From NCBI GenBank assembly GCA_964016885.1, contig OZ024740.1:320106001-320170000 (forward strand): 64,000 nt of DNA. The letters run 5' to 3'. The notes below the pieces were generated by a model, which saw nothing but the letters and a program-made list of their open reading frames with translations, was not told where the DNA came from and made no database searches. Source of the stretch: Eledone cirrhosa. Taxonomy: Eukaryota. The translations under genes and the position numbers were made by a program. Shown one piece after another: positions 26,938 to 38,099 of this stretch; position 1 is the stretch's first letter, and every line of letters starts with the position of its first letter.

Positions 26938-29158
26938 ATCCTAAAATAATTAATTTATCTAAAAGAGATCTTGACAATGATGAAATGCAAATTCTGTCAA
27001 AAAGACTGAAATTCACACCGACTCCAACAGTCAACCACCAAGAACTGAAGGAGGATACCCAAGAATTCTGTCGAAAAGTACGTCTTGTAGAATTCTTCGC
27101 TGATAAAAATAATGAGAGTGATGAATCACTAGTAAAGCATAAATCAAATTTCACTCCGCCAAAAGGAAGAAATATCTATCTCGACCAATACATTGACATC
27201 CTGTCTAAATTTCCTCTTAGACATAATACTAATGTTAGGCCAAACATTAACAAATCAGAAATGTCTGCACTTAAACGTATACAAAATGATAAAACAATAA
27301 TAATTAAACAAGCAGATAAAGGGGGTGCAGTTGTTATAATGGATACTGAATACTACAAGGATTTGGTTGAGGAACAACTGAAAGACACAACATTCTATCA
27401 TGAAATACCGTCAAATATAGACCACAACATCATGAAGAAGATCAACAACCTGGCTTCAAAATACCACAACTCATTTACTGATAAGGAAAGAGACTACATC
27501 ACCAATTTTGAGCCTAAACCCAGCAACCTGTATGGCCTACCGAAAGTTCACAAGTCAAAAGAAATACAACTGGCAGTAAGAGAACAAAACAGTGAGTACA
27601 TTAAATTATTACACCCAAAAGACTTAAAACTTAGACCTATTATAGCTGGTCCAACATGCCCCACTCACCGTCTAAGCAATTTTGTTGACATTATTTTGAA
27701 ACCACTATGTATTCACATACCCAGTTTCATCCGGGATGATATCGACTTCCTGTCCCATCTTCCCAAAACCACGGAAACGAATTCACTTCTAGTCAGTTTT
27801 GATGTGGTAAGCCTTTACACCAACATTACACATGATTTAGGAATAAAGGCAGTTAAATACTGGGTGGAAAAACATAGAGAAGTGATTCCCATTAGATTCA
27901 CAGCGCCATTTATATTAGACGCAGTTAAACTTATTCTGGAAAACAACACTTTCTTCTTCAATGGAAAGAATTACATCCAAATTAGAGGCACAGCGATGGG
28001 AACGAAGTTTGCTCCCGTTTACGCGAACTCTGTAATGGGATACTTAGAACAACAACTCTACCAAGAAATAGTACTGACTTTAGAAAGTACATTGAAAAAT
28101 CTTGGAAGAGATACCTTGACGACTGTTTCATCATCTGGACAGAATCTCTAGATACTCTGGATGAGTTCAATATCCTCCTGAATAACCTACACCCATCTCT
28201 CCAATTCACAAAAGAGATGAGTAGGACCAAATTACCATTCCTAGATATAATGATAATCAAAAACGACACCACCATTACCACGGATATATATTATAAACAC
28301 ACAGACACCCATCAATATCTGAATTTTAAGTCGTGCCATCCACCTCATACAAAACGCAACATCCCATACTGCCTAGCCAGAAGAATTTGTACCATTGTAG
28401 AAGATACGAATACCAGGTACAAACGCCTAACAGAACTAAGAGAATTTTTGCTCAAACAAAAATACCCATCTCTACTTATAGAAAATGGCATACAGCGGGC
28501 TATAAAAATACCTATACAACAACTTAGAACAACCCAAGGAAGAAGAAACCAAGAACTGGTCATACCATTTATAATGACACACAACCCATGTCACCAGAAT
28601 ATCTTCAACACTGCCAAAGCAAACCTACCGATCATTGCTCAAAGTAATGAATTAAAAGGCTTAATCACAGATCGATCTTTGACTCTTAGTAAAAGACAGC
28701 CAAAAAATTTGAAGCAATTGCTAACAAAAGCAAAGTTTGACCTTAACAACAAAGACCAATCATTAACTGTATCTAAATGCAATGATAATCGATGCGGCAC
28801 ATGTCAATCCATACACGCCGGTTAATATATGAAAACAAAAACTGGAAAAATATTCCCAAATGCAAATATGAACTGCAAAAGCAGAAATCTAATTTACTGC
28901 ATTAAATGCCCGAATTGTGAAGAACTATATGTCGGTCAAACTGGAAATGCACTATCGGAACGTGCACGGGTACACCGTCAACAAATCAGAGACCCAAATG
29001 TCCGTCAGATACCCCTAAGCGGCCACCTGGCAACATGTGGTCAGGGAATATTTATAATATTCCCATTCTACAAATTACACAGCCCAAGTAAAATCAAGAG
29101 AAAAATCAAAGAAAAGAATGTTATTGATAAATTCAAACCCAAGCTAAATGAACAATAA
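26859..29158 (+). pseudogene. PLE RT + GIY-YIG ORF (frameshift ~28070, premature TAA 28823-28825)
   Basis: KIINLSKRDL...KRLKFTPTP N-terminal PLE motif; RT motifs; YLDD at 28112-28123 in the frame of the 28217 ORF; GIY-YIG at ~28890-29158. Confidence 0.92.
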
Positions 29159-29532
29159 TAACGCCTAGGGGTATTACTTCTACTACCACTATGACCACGA
29201 CCACTAATAACAACAACAACAACAATAATAATAATAATAAAAGTGATGTTGATGGTGATGATTAATAGAAAATGCTATTTTCATCATTTCAAAAAGCAAA
29301 ACAATTGATACGTTGGATATGACTATTGGTCGTTAGCATGCTCAACCAGCCGTGACGCTCAAACCAATCAGCTGTAGTAATTCAGTGAAACTACACACTG
29401 ATTGGTCGAAATACAGTTTACAGGGCTTTGCATTCTGGAGCCACTTTTCTCTGTATAAAATGTATAAAAGGTAGGAAATTTACCCATCTCATTACAGTTG
29501 AAAATTGCAAACTCGACTGTCACCACATATCA

Positions 29533-29571
29533 TGAACCTGAAGATTGCGAAAGCATGAAAGTACTTGTTCA
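29533..29571 (+). ncRNA. Minimal type I hammerhead ribozyme in 3' pLTR
   Basis: Identical to 25344-25382, 4189 nt downstream. Confidence 0.87.
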
Positions 29572-29685
29572 ATTAACACTTAGAATTTAATATTCTATCA
29601 TACTATTTCATTATAATACCATTATATATATTTTAAAGGATTGTAAATAAAACGAGTAAATCACACAAAGTTGGAATTCCTCTTA

Positions 29686-29730
<45 letters not shown>

Positions 29731-29741
29731 AATTCTATTCC

Positions 29742-29778
<37 letters not shown>

Positions 29779-29990
29779 TAAAATAAAATAAAATAAATAA
29801 GTCAAATGTTTAAAATTTGGCTTCGTTTATTATTGTTATATATATTTCGGTGACAGCCTTCTTTGGTTGTGACCTCTTCAGGCCATCCGAATTAGTGAGG
29901 TAGAGACGAGTACACATGTTGTTGAGGTGTATAACTTTGTCAATACTCTGATATGCCCAGTTCCTGGTTGGGTTGTTATTTCACTGAGGA

Positions 29991-30022
<32 letters not shown>

Positions 30023-30169
30023 AAATAAAGTAATTAAGTCAAATATTTAAAATGTGGCTTCGTTTATATAGCAGTACATCTTTAATAAACGATGTACTGC
30101 TATATAAATGATGAACTGCTATATAAACGAAGCCAAATTTTAAATTTTAAAATCGTTTATTAAATATGT

Positions 30170-30224
30170 ACTGCTATATATATTTCGGTGACAGTTATCA
30201 TTGGCTGTGACCTCTTCAGGCAGT
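30170..30224 (-). ncRNA. Minimal hammerhead ribozyme (a decayed second copy at ~29832-29886)
   Basis: Minus: ACUGC-CUGAAGA-GGUcACAG...CUGUcACC-GAAA-UAUAUA-UA-GCAGU. Confidence 0.78.
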
Positions 30225-30639
30225 TCGAATTGGTGTGGTAGAGACAGGTACACATGTTGTTAAAGTGTTTTACTCCGTCAATACTTCGATATGTCTAGCT
30301 CCTGGTTGGGTTGTTATTTCTCTGACGAACTGGAATCGTATGAATTCGAACAAACGAATTTCGGCATCATAGGACACTCTCTCCTCCCATTGGTCAGTTG
30401 TGAGAACATTCCTCAGTCAAAAGTCTATAGAAATTTTTTTATGAGGCAAGACAATCTGTTGGGGTTGTTTTGTTAAGTACAGCTGACCTCCTCCCTTGTG
30501 TTTATTGGCGTTAGGGGGTTAGCTGGCAGGTCAGCCTTAGTGCTACTGCTGCTGTCTTTAGAAGAATGGGTGTGTGTGGGTTGGCATCAATCTTACCACC
30601 CTTTCACGTGGTGGGGGGGGGGGGGGTGCCAAACAGATA

Positions 30640-30922
30640 ATTGTTTCTACTTTAGGCACAAGGCCAGCAATTACTCAGTACATTACTGGTACATTATTTT
30701 ATTGACCCCGTAAGGATGAAAGGCAAAGTTAAAAACAGATAAGGAAATAAGATAAAGTAAAATGAAGAAATAAAATATAAAAAAATAAAATAAAATAAAA
30801 AAATAAAATAATTGTTTCTACTTTAGGCACAAGGCCAGCAATTACACAGTACATTACTGGTACTTTATTTTATCGACCCGTAAGGATGAAAGGCAAAGTT
30901 AACCTCGGCGGGATTTGAACTC
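30640..30922 (-). mobile_element. Two truncated SINE family A copies
   Basis: Reverse-complement family A 3' half twice. Confidence 0.8.
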
Positions 30923-31417
30923 ATAATAAGATAAGATACAATAAAATGAAGAAGTAAAAAATAAATAAATAAATAAATAAAATAGAATAAAATGTGTTTT
31001 TGTTATAGCCAATATCAAATATCAAAGAAGAATATATAGCCAATATTAAAGTTTGAAAGATTTGGAAAATATTGACTGAAGTAGAAAGGCTATGTGTCAG
31101 AATCGGGAAAATGCAAACGATTACGATCTTTACACTATCATGGGGTGGTGCGTTTTAAGAGCAAACGAGGCAAGAGTGGAGTGTAAAACACCATAACCTG
31201 AGTATCAAAATCCGGAAATGCAGAGGACCACAGTTTTTAATTCTGCATAGAGTACATATGCGTGTATGTCAACCCACATCGTTGCAAGCCCACACGCACA
31301 AAGACGGGCCCAGGTGCATCCCATAATCATACCCACCCACACACACACAGATTATACAAACACCCACGCACCCACATATATATATGTATATATATACACG
31401 CGCACACACACGCACAC

Positions 31418-31475
<58 letters not shown>

Positions 31476-31624
31476 GTATCAGTGCATGTACAATCTTAAA
31501 TAACAGGATCTATGTATGGACATATGCATAAGTCTGTGCTGCCATAGGAGTCGATAGAGGCAGAGGTAGGGCTGGTGAAAGTGTAGAGGGTGATTTACCG
31601 TGGGTTCGGTGTGGCGGGGCTACG

Positions 31625-31926
31625 TTCCCTATAGCTTGAGGGAAGTTCCTTTCCCAATGCGTTGTTGTTGCCCATATGGCTAGAGGAAGGTCCCGGCCCT
31701 GAGGTGTCTACATGTCCCGGGGAAGTCCCTATTGCTTGAGGGAAGTTCCCATCCCAAAGTGTTGTTATTGTCCATATAGCTTGAGGAAGGTCCGGGCCTG
31801 GAGTGTCTACATGTCCCGGAGAAGTCCCTATAGCTTGAGGGAAGTTCCCCTCCCAGTGTGTTGTTATTGTCCATATAGCTTGAGGAAGGTCCGGGCCATG
31901 AGGTGTCTACATGTCCCGAAGAAGTC
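31625..31926. repeat. ~100-bp tandem repeat (3 copies) at the 3' end of a PLE remnant
   Basis: CCCTAT[A/T]GCTTGAGGGAAGTTCC at 31627, 31727 and 31826. Confidence 0.85.
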
Positions 31927-31929
31927 AGT

Positions 31930-33020
31930 CCTGAGGTTTATCAGGCTGCTTCCACCGCTGAGTATCACGAGGGTCTCACTCAGACATAGTTTGCAGATTC
32001 CAGATCCCCCTTTATCAGGTGGTACTCTCCTGATTTTAGACCAGGCCAGAGAGTACGGGTCCTGTCCAGCTTGAGCTTCCAGATCAGTTCGGAAAGAGCC
32101 GTACTTTTCCTTTTGTCCTCCCTATTAAAGGAATGGCGATGGTTATACCATAGATCCTTAAAGCTCGTTGATGTGGCTCCTATGTAAAGGTGTTCAGAGT
32201 TGGGGGTTTTTACTCTGCATCCGTATATTAAGTTCTTCCTTAGACATTCATTATTAAGGGGGCATAATGCTGGGTTTCTGCAGTTGCAGGGGGTGGTCGA
32301 CCTCCGCGTGCCTAATGTGGGGTTACCGTTGCGTATTATATGGTGATCCTCCCCGGGCCCGGTGGGGGGTCCCTAGGTCTGTTTGGGTTAATGGGTCCAC
32401 CCTTCTTTCCCTCCACATGGTTCTGCCTGGTGCCTATATTGCCAGCTTCCGGTTGTGTGTTGTTTTTAAGTCTACCCCTATTGATGCTAGCTATGTGCTG
32501 GGCCACATTTCGCGTGGTAGAATATGAGAGCTTTACAGTGTGTCTGTTGAAGATCTTGCGGTATCTATGGTCCTTCAGGAAGCATTTATCTAGTGCTCTA
32601 AAGAATGAGCGGGCTATGCTGTTCTTTAGGGCCGCTGAGTATGGTGGGTTGTACCACGTGATTTTTCTGTGTCTACTCTTATGTGGGTGGGTTGACCGTG
32701 TCGTTGGATGTTGGGGGGTTGTTGGGTTGCTAGTGGTTCCCGCATTGCTGCTTCCCCTTTGGGTGCTATGTGTTCTGCTAACCTCCCGGCCCGTATCTCT
32801 GGGATGGTTGTTACCCACGCTGGGAGTTCTACGATTGGATGGTCTTCCATCGGTCCCGCTTCGTGTCTTGCGGTTGGGGACATCGGGCCTGGGGTGGTTG
32901 ATATCACCCCTGAGGCCGCTACTCGTACCGGGTTTCCTCCCATGGTTATGCGTACGCGTGCCCCTCGCCAATGTGGTGGTGTCGGGTTCATGGTGTTTAG
33001 TTGTTTTCACTCTGCTTGTA
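31930..33020 (-). pseudogene. PLE remnant (RT C-terminus + GIY-YIG), GC-richer family
   Basis: ITWYNPPYS, KIFNRHTVKLSYST, then CNCRNPALCPLNNECLRKNLIYGCRV...LYIGATSTSFK in an adjacent frame. Confidence 0.85.
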
Positions 33021-33149
33021 TTGTGTGTATATATATATATACACACACATATATATACCTATATAAATATATATATAAATACATACACATACGCATACAT
33101 ACACACACATACACATACATACACACATATACACACACACACATACATA

Positions 33150-34005
33150 TTTGAGGCTCAGGACCATTCTTTAAGAGACATTAGAAGATGTAATGAAATC
33201 ATGGGAAGAGTAACGATGGTGCTTGCTGGTGACTTCAGACAGATGCTTCCCGTCGCTCCTAAAGGCACGAGAGCTGATATTGTAAACGCTTGCCTGAAAG
33301 TCTCAACTATATGGCAACAAGTCCAACAATTACTTTTGAGGACAAACACGTGAGTGTATATGTACAATCATGCAGAAATTGATACTTTTGCAAAACAGCT
33401 AATTACATTGGGTGATGGAAATCTGCAGCAAGAGTAAAATGGAGAAGTCAACCTTTCATGTGGAGATGTCTGTAATACAATAAATGAACTAATTGATCAA
33501 GTATTTCGAAATGTTGCCTCAAATTATATCAATCAATCATGGCTGTTTGAACGTGCAATTTTAGCGCCAAAAAATAATATGGTAAATCAGGGGAGGTTCA
33601 TACATATGTCTCCATTGAGAATATTGAAAAGGATGACGAAGCTGTTAATTATCCTGCAGAGTTCCTTAATAGTCTGGAACTTCCTGGACTTCCTCCACAC
33701 AAATTAACGCTAAAGATTGGAACTCCCATCATCCTTTTGAGAAACCTGGACCCACCACGTCTATGCAATGGCACGTGCTTAACAGTAAGGTGGATGATGA
33801 AACATCTCCTAAAGGTCACTATTCTTGGAGGCATTAATCAAGGCGAAAATGAATTTATTCCAAAGATTCCACCTATCCATTCCTCTACCGAGCTGCCATT
33901 CAAATTCTCATAACTTCAATTCCCAGTTAGAGCCAGTTTTGCTATGACCATAAATAAAGCTCAGGGTCAGAGTCTCAAAGTTGTAGGACTGAATCTTAGA
34001 GAATC
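33150..34005 (+). pseudogene. Helitron-type PIF1-like helicase remnant
   Basis: [78 protein letters not shown], with stops and frameshifts. Confidence 0.88.
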
Positions 34006-34384
34006 TTATGAAAATTACAGAAATTATTGTAGCAAGAACCCAACAGTATTCCATAAATGTCTATCAAAGTTCTTTCGTTGCACATCTGCTACATCATCAG
34101 TGGTACTATTATGTTCCCTCCTATTGTATTGTAATGTCTACGCCATTTTTATTTTATTTATTTATTTATTTATTCTTGTCTCCGTCTCGGTGCATGCGTT
34201 TGCGTGTGTGTATAGTGTTTGGTGTATGTGTTCGCGTTTGAGTGACTGTGTTTTGGTTTTTGTATTCTATCTTTGTTTACTAGTGTGTGTTTATATGTGT
34301 TTGTTGTTATTGTACTTGTATATATATTTATATATTTATTTATTTATATTTGCTTTAAGTCAGTATTGTTTGTTTGGGTATGGT

Positions 34385-34798
34385 GGTTATTTTATTCCAT
34401 TCATTCTTTCTGTTTAACTTTGGTCTTCTTAGCTCTATCTCAGTTGCTTCTATGATTTGCCTACCTGTTGAGTCATTTCTATGTTTAGATATTATTTTAA
34501 TTTCTATGTTGTCTATACTATATTACCGTCATGTTTTTGTCTGGCGTGTTCATATAGTACTGAACCGGTTTTTTTTTGTCCTTTTAGTTCCCCCCAGTGT
34601 TGGTCTATTCTTTCTCCTATGATTAGAGCTGTCTCACCTATGTATGTCGTTGTCATGTTTCTGCAAGTACCCTCTGTACATCTTATGCTATAGACTACAT
34701 TTCTAGTTTTACAGTTTATCTGGGGGTTCATTTTACATATAACACATTTCTTATTAGTACAGTGGGTTTTCTTAAAGGGGTATGTTTTGCTGATCAGG

Positions 34799-34800
<2 letters not shown>
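34385..34800 (-). pseudogene. PLE GIY-YIG endonuclease remnant
   Basis: CTNKKCVIC...NCKTRNVVYSIRC...YIGET...ERIDQH...LYEH; bounded by (AT)n. Confidence 0.8.
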
Positions 34801-34839
<39 letters not shown>

Positions 34840-34937
34840 ATTATGATCGTAAGTCCAACACCCTTACTACTAGGCCAGGTACCTCCACTATCATATATAT
34901 ATATATATATATGATAGTGGAGGTACCTGGCCTAGTA

Positions 34938-34983
<46 letters not shown>

Positions 34984-35624
34984 GGAAGAAATGAAACGAA
35001 ATTTCATTTCTCACTCTTAGTACTGCTGTTACTTAAATATAAGTATATATACGTACATACATATATGTATACAGACGTACAGTAGTATGTATATATATAC
35101 ATACATGCACACATATATATATGTACGTATGGATTCACCAAAACATTTATTATAATGCTCGATGTGTTTGTAAACAAACATCCCGAATTAAGCCGTACAG
35201 TGTTTAGCAACCATCGTTGCCCTTTTGTTCAACACTGACAAAGGAACGATTTACTAGTTTCAAGCTTATTAGCTATCGTCAGCACCGTATACCTTCCTGC
35301 CAGATAATTGAACGTCTGAAAGTATATACTTTCCTTATGCATATTAACGGCTGAGCAGCCGTTAATATATACACACCGAGCATTATAATAAATGTTCGGT
35401 GAATCCATACGTACATATATATATATGTGTGTATGTATGTATATATATACATACTACTGTACGTCTGTATACATATATGTATGTACGTATATATATATAT
35501 GTAGGAGGTGAGTTTTATTGTAGCACAATAAAGCAATGCAAATATCGGATAAGTAGCACTCAACAGATTATAGGACTGGAGTATAAATAATATAAGATCA
35601 AAAGATGGTTAAAAGAGTTCCAAG

Positions 35625-35693
35625 TATTTTATTATGCGCATTTCAAAAACAAATATCATCATGGGATGATATTTGCGTTCTCATCAGATAAAA
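35625..35693 (-). ncRNA. Hammerhead ribozyme in inverted pLTR fragment
   Basis: Reverse complement of 37848-37918. Confidence 0.78.
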
Positions 35694-35743
35694 CAGGGAG
35701 ACATGATATGAAGCTTAAAAACAGTAGTATTAGTATTAGTATT

Positions 35744-35803
<60 letters not shown>

Positions 35804-35804
35804 A

Positions 35805-35992
35805 TAATTGTTTCTACTTTTGGCACAAGGCCAGCAATTACTCAGTTCATTACTGGTACTTTATTTTATCGACCCCGTAAGGATGAAAGGCAAAATCAAC
35901 CTCGGCGGGATTTGAACTCAGATCGTAAAGGGACGTAACTATGCTGGAAAGCATGGCGTCCGACCCTCTACCGATACTGCCAATCCACCGCG
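35805..35992 (-). mobile_element. SINE family A with (TAC)n tail
   Basis: Full-length reverse-complement match. Confidence 0.88.
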
Positions 35993-35994
35993 CT

Positions 35995-36480
35995 TCTATA
36001 AATAATACTAGGCCATTTGTTAATAACTCTGTTCATTTCTCTAATCGTAATTGTAATTGCCCTGATAGAACTAAATGTCCTCTTAATAACCAATGTCTTG
36101 ATAAAAACTTAGTGTATGAATGTAAGGTTATAACTGGTACTAATTCTTTTACCTATTTCGGTTCTACTTCCACTTCCTTTAAAGCAAGATTTTATAATCA
36201 CAATTCGTCTTTTAAATACCAACTTAAAAGAACTAACACGGCACTCTCGGAACTCATATGGTCCTTAAAAGACAAAAATATTAACTATAACATTTCTTGG
36301 AGGAAGTTTTGCAACGCCTCCTTACCAGAATTCTTCCCTATCCGGAACATGTAATCTCTGCCTAGCCGAGAAATTTACCATTATATCTAATTTTAATTCT
36401 ATAATAAATAGACGTACGGATTTATTTTCGCGCTGCTTGCATAAATCCCATATAACTTTCCATAAAGTATACAGCTAATA
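35995..36480 (+). pseudogene. PLE GIY-YIG remnant, same family as 19235-20071
   Basis: CNCPDRTKCPLNNQCLDKNLVYECKV...YFGSTSTSFKARFYNH; shares 3' UTR ATACCCATCTTTCTACCTTATTTCA. Confidence 0.85.
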
Positions 36481-36729
36481 TCTGAATACCTAATTAGTTT
36501 AAAATCTTCTTTTCTCAAATGCTTTTATATCTTTTACAAATATACCCATCTTTCTACCTTATTTCAGTATATTATATTATACAATTTACTCATTCTATGT
36601 CGTTAGGGGTCAATATCTTTATTCTATTTATCCTTTTTCCTTTCTTCCTTTTTTCTTTTTTAATTTCTAATCTTTAATCTGAAACTTTTACTTCTCAATC
36701 ACTTCTTAATCCATATTATTACTCACTAT

Positions 36730-37120
36730 AGCGGTGGATTGGCAGTATCGGTAGAGGGTCGGACGCCATGCTTTCCAGCATAGTTACGTCCCTTTACGAT
36801 CTGAGTTCAAATCCCGACGAGGTTGACTTTGCCTTTCATCCTTACGGGGTCGATAAAATAAAGTACCAGTAATGCACTGGGTAATTGCTGGCCTTGTGCC
36901 TAAAGTAGAAACAATTATTACTCACTATAGCGGTGGATTGGTAGTATGGGTAGAGGGTCGGACGCCATGCTTTCCAGCATAGTTACGTCCCTTTACGATC
37001 TGAGTTCAAATCCCGCCGAGGTTGACTTTGCCTTTCATCCTTACGGGGTCGATAAAATAAAGTACCAGTAATGCACTGGGTAATTGCTGGCCTTGTGCCT
37101 AAAGTAGAAACAATTATTAC
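36730..37120 (+). mobile_element. Near-identical SINE family A dimer
   Basis: Two ~198-bp units delimited by three copies of ATTATT(T)ACTCACTATAGC. Confidence 0.9.
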
Positions 37121-37847
37121 TCACTATAGCATTTTCCTTTTTTTATTATATTCTTGGCCATACAAACTATATTTTTTAATATATAATAATATTACCATTT
37201 GTAAACATATATACTTTTTGACGTTATATATTTTTTCATCCTTAAATTTTCAACTTTCTTCTCTCCTTCCGTGCTCGTATTAAACCTATTTACTTTTACA
37301 TATTACAATACATAAAAACAAACTTAAACCCTAACTAATTCCTCTAAGTTCATAATTCATTTAATCTCTCCTTCTTTCACATTATATCCTTAATATCCTT
37401 AATATTTTTATTTTAATAATACATATTAATAAATTCTTTTTTTTTCGCACATATTATTAAACCCTTCAATATATAAACCTTAAATAAATACTATTCTTAA
37501 TTCCTTTTTCTTTAATCATAAACATCACCATTCATAAACCTCATTAACTTTTAATTTCAAAATTTTTATAAATTATCTATTATCTTTCAACGGTTTTTTA
37601 ATTTCTCTCTGTGAGACAATGTTTTCTCAGTTGTAAAGGCTTTTTCTCTCTCTCTCTATCACTCATTTCTCCTCCTCTCTCATCCTTCCTTCTTATACTC
37701 CGCCCCCATCATCCTTTATTTTCTTTCTTCTTCTTCTTCCTTCGTTTTTTTCCCCAATCTCATATATCCATCTTACTTTATTTTCCATATATTGATTTAA
37801 CACTTCACTGCTCGCAAGTGTTTTTTAAGCTTCATATCATGTCTCCC

Positions 37848-37918
37848 TATTTTATCTGATGAGAACGCAAATATCATCCCATGATGATATTTGTTTTTGA
37901 AATGCGCATAATAAAATA
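37848..37918 (+). ncRNA. Hammerhead ribozyme (long stem II) in 3' pLTR
   Basis: UAUUUUAU-CUGAUGA-gaacGCAAAUAUCAUC...GAUGAUAUUUGUuuuu-GAAA-UGCGCA-UA-AUAAAAUA. Confidence 0.82.
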
Positions 37919-37946
37919 CTTGGAATTCTTTTAACCATCTTTTGAT

Positions 37947-38028
<82 letters not shown>

Positions 38029-38099
38029 GGTAAATATTGATGCAATTCAATTCAAGCACTCAACGTACTTTTTCCACATAGGAGTGACGGAGTAAATAT

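Larger units (their letters stand above)
25063..29692 (+). mobile_element. Penelope-like element, right arm, with direct pseudo-LTRs (~25063-25503 and ~29252-29692)
   Basis: ~440-bp direct repeats, each with an HHR, flank ORF1 and RT-EN; the 3' end runs into (AT)n. The Cx4Cx2C linker before GIY-YIG suggests the Neptune clade (inference). Confidence 0.93.

Noticed and set aside
28060-28125. Second programmed frameshift within RT before YLDD
   Set aside because: No slippery motif, and the segment looks shortened; more simply a deletion shared by both arms.
28823-28825. Recoded in-frame stop (selenocysteine, as in Naiad PLEs)
   Set aside because: The codon is TAA, not TGA, and the other arm has CAA.
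36715-36732. ACTCACTATAG resembling the T7 promoter 3' end (vector contamination?)
   Set aside because: The upstream TAATACG is missing and the motif behaves as a SINE target duplication.
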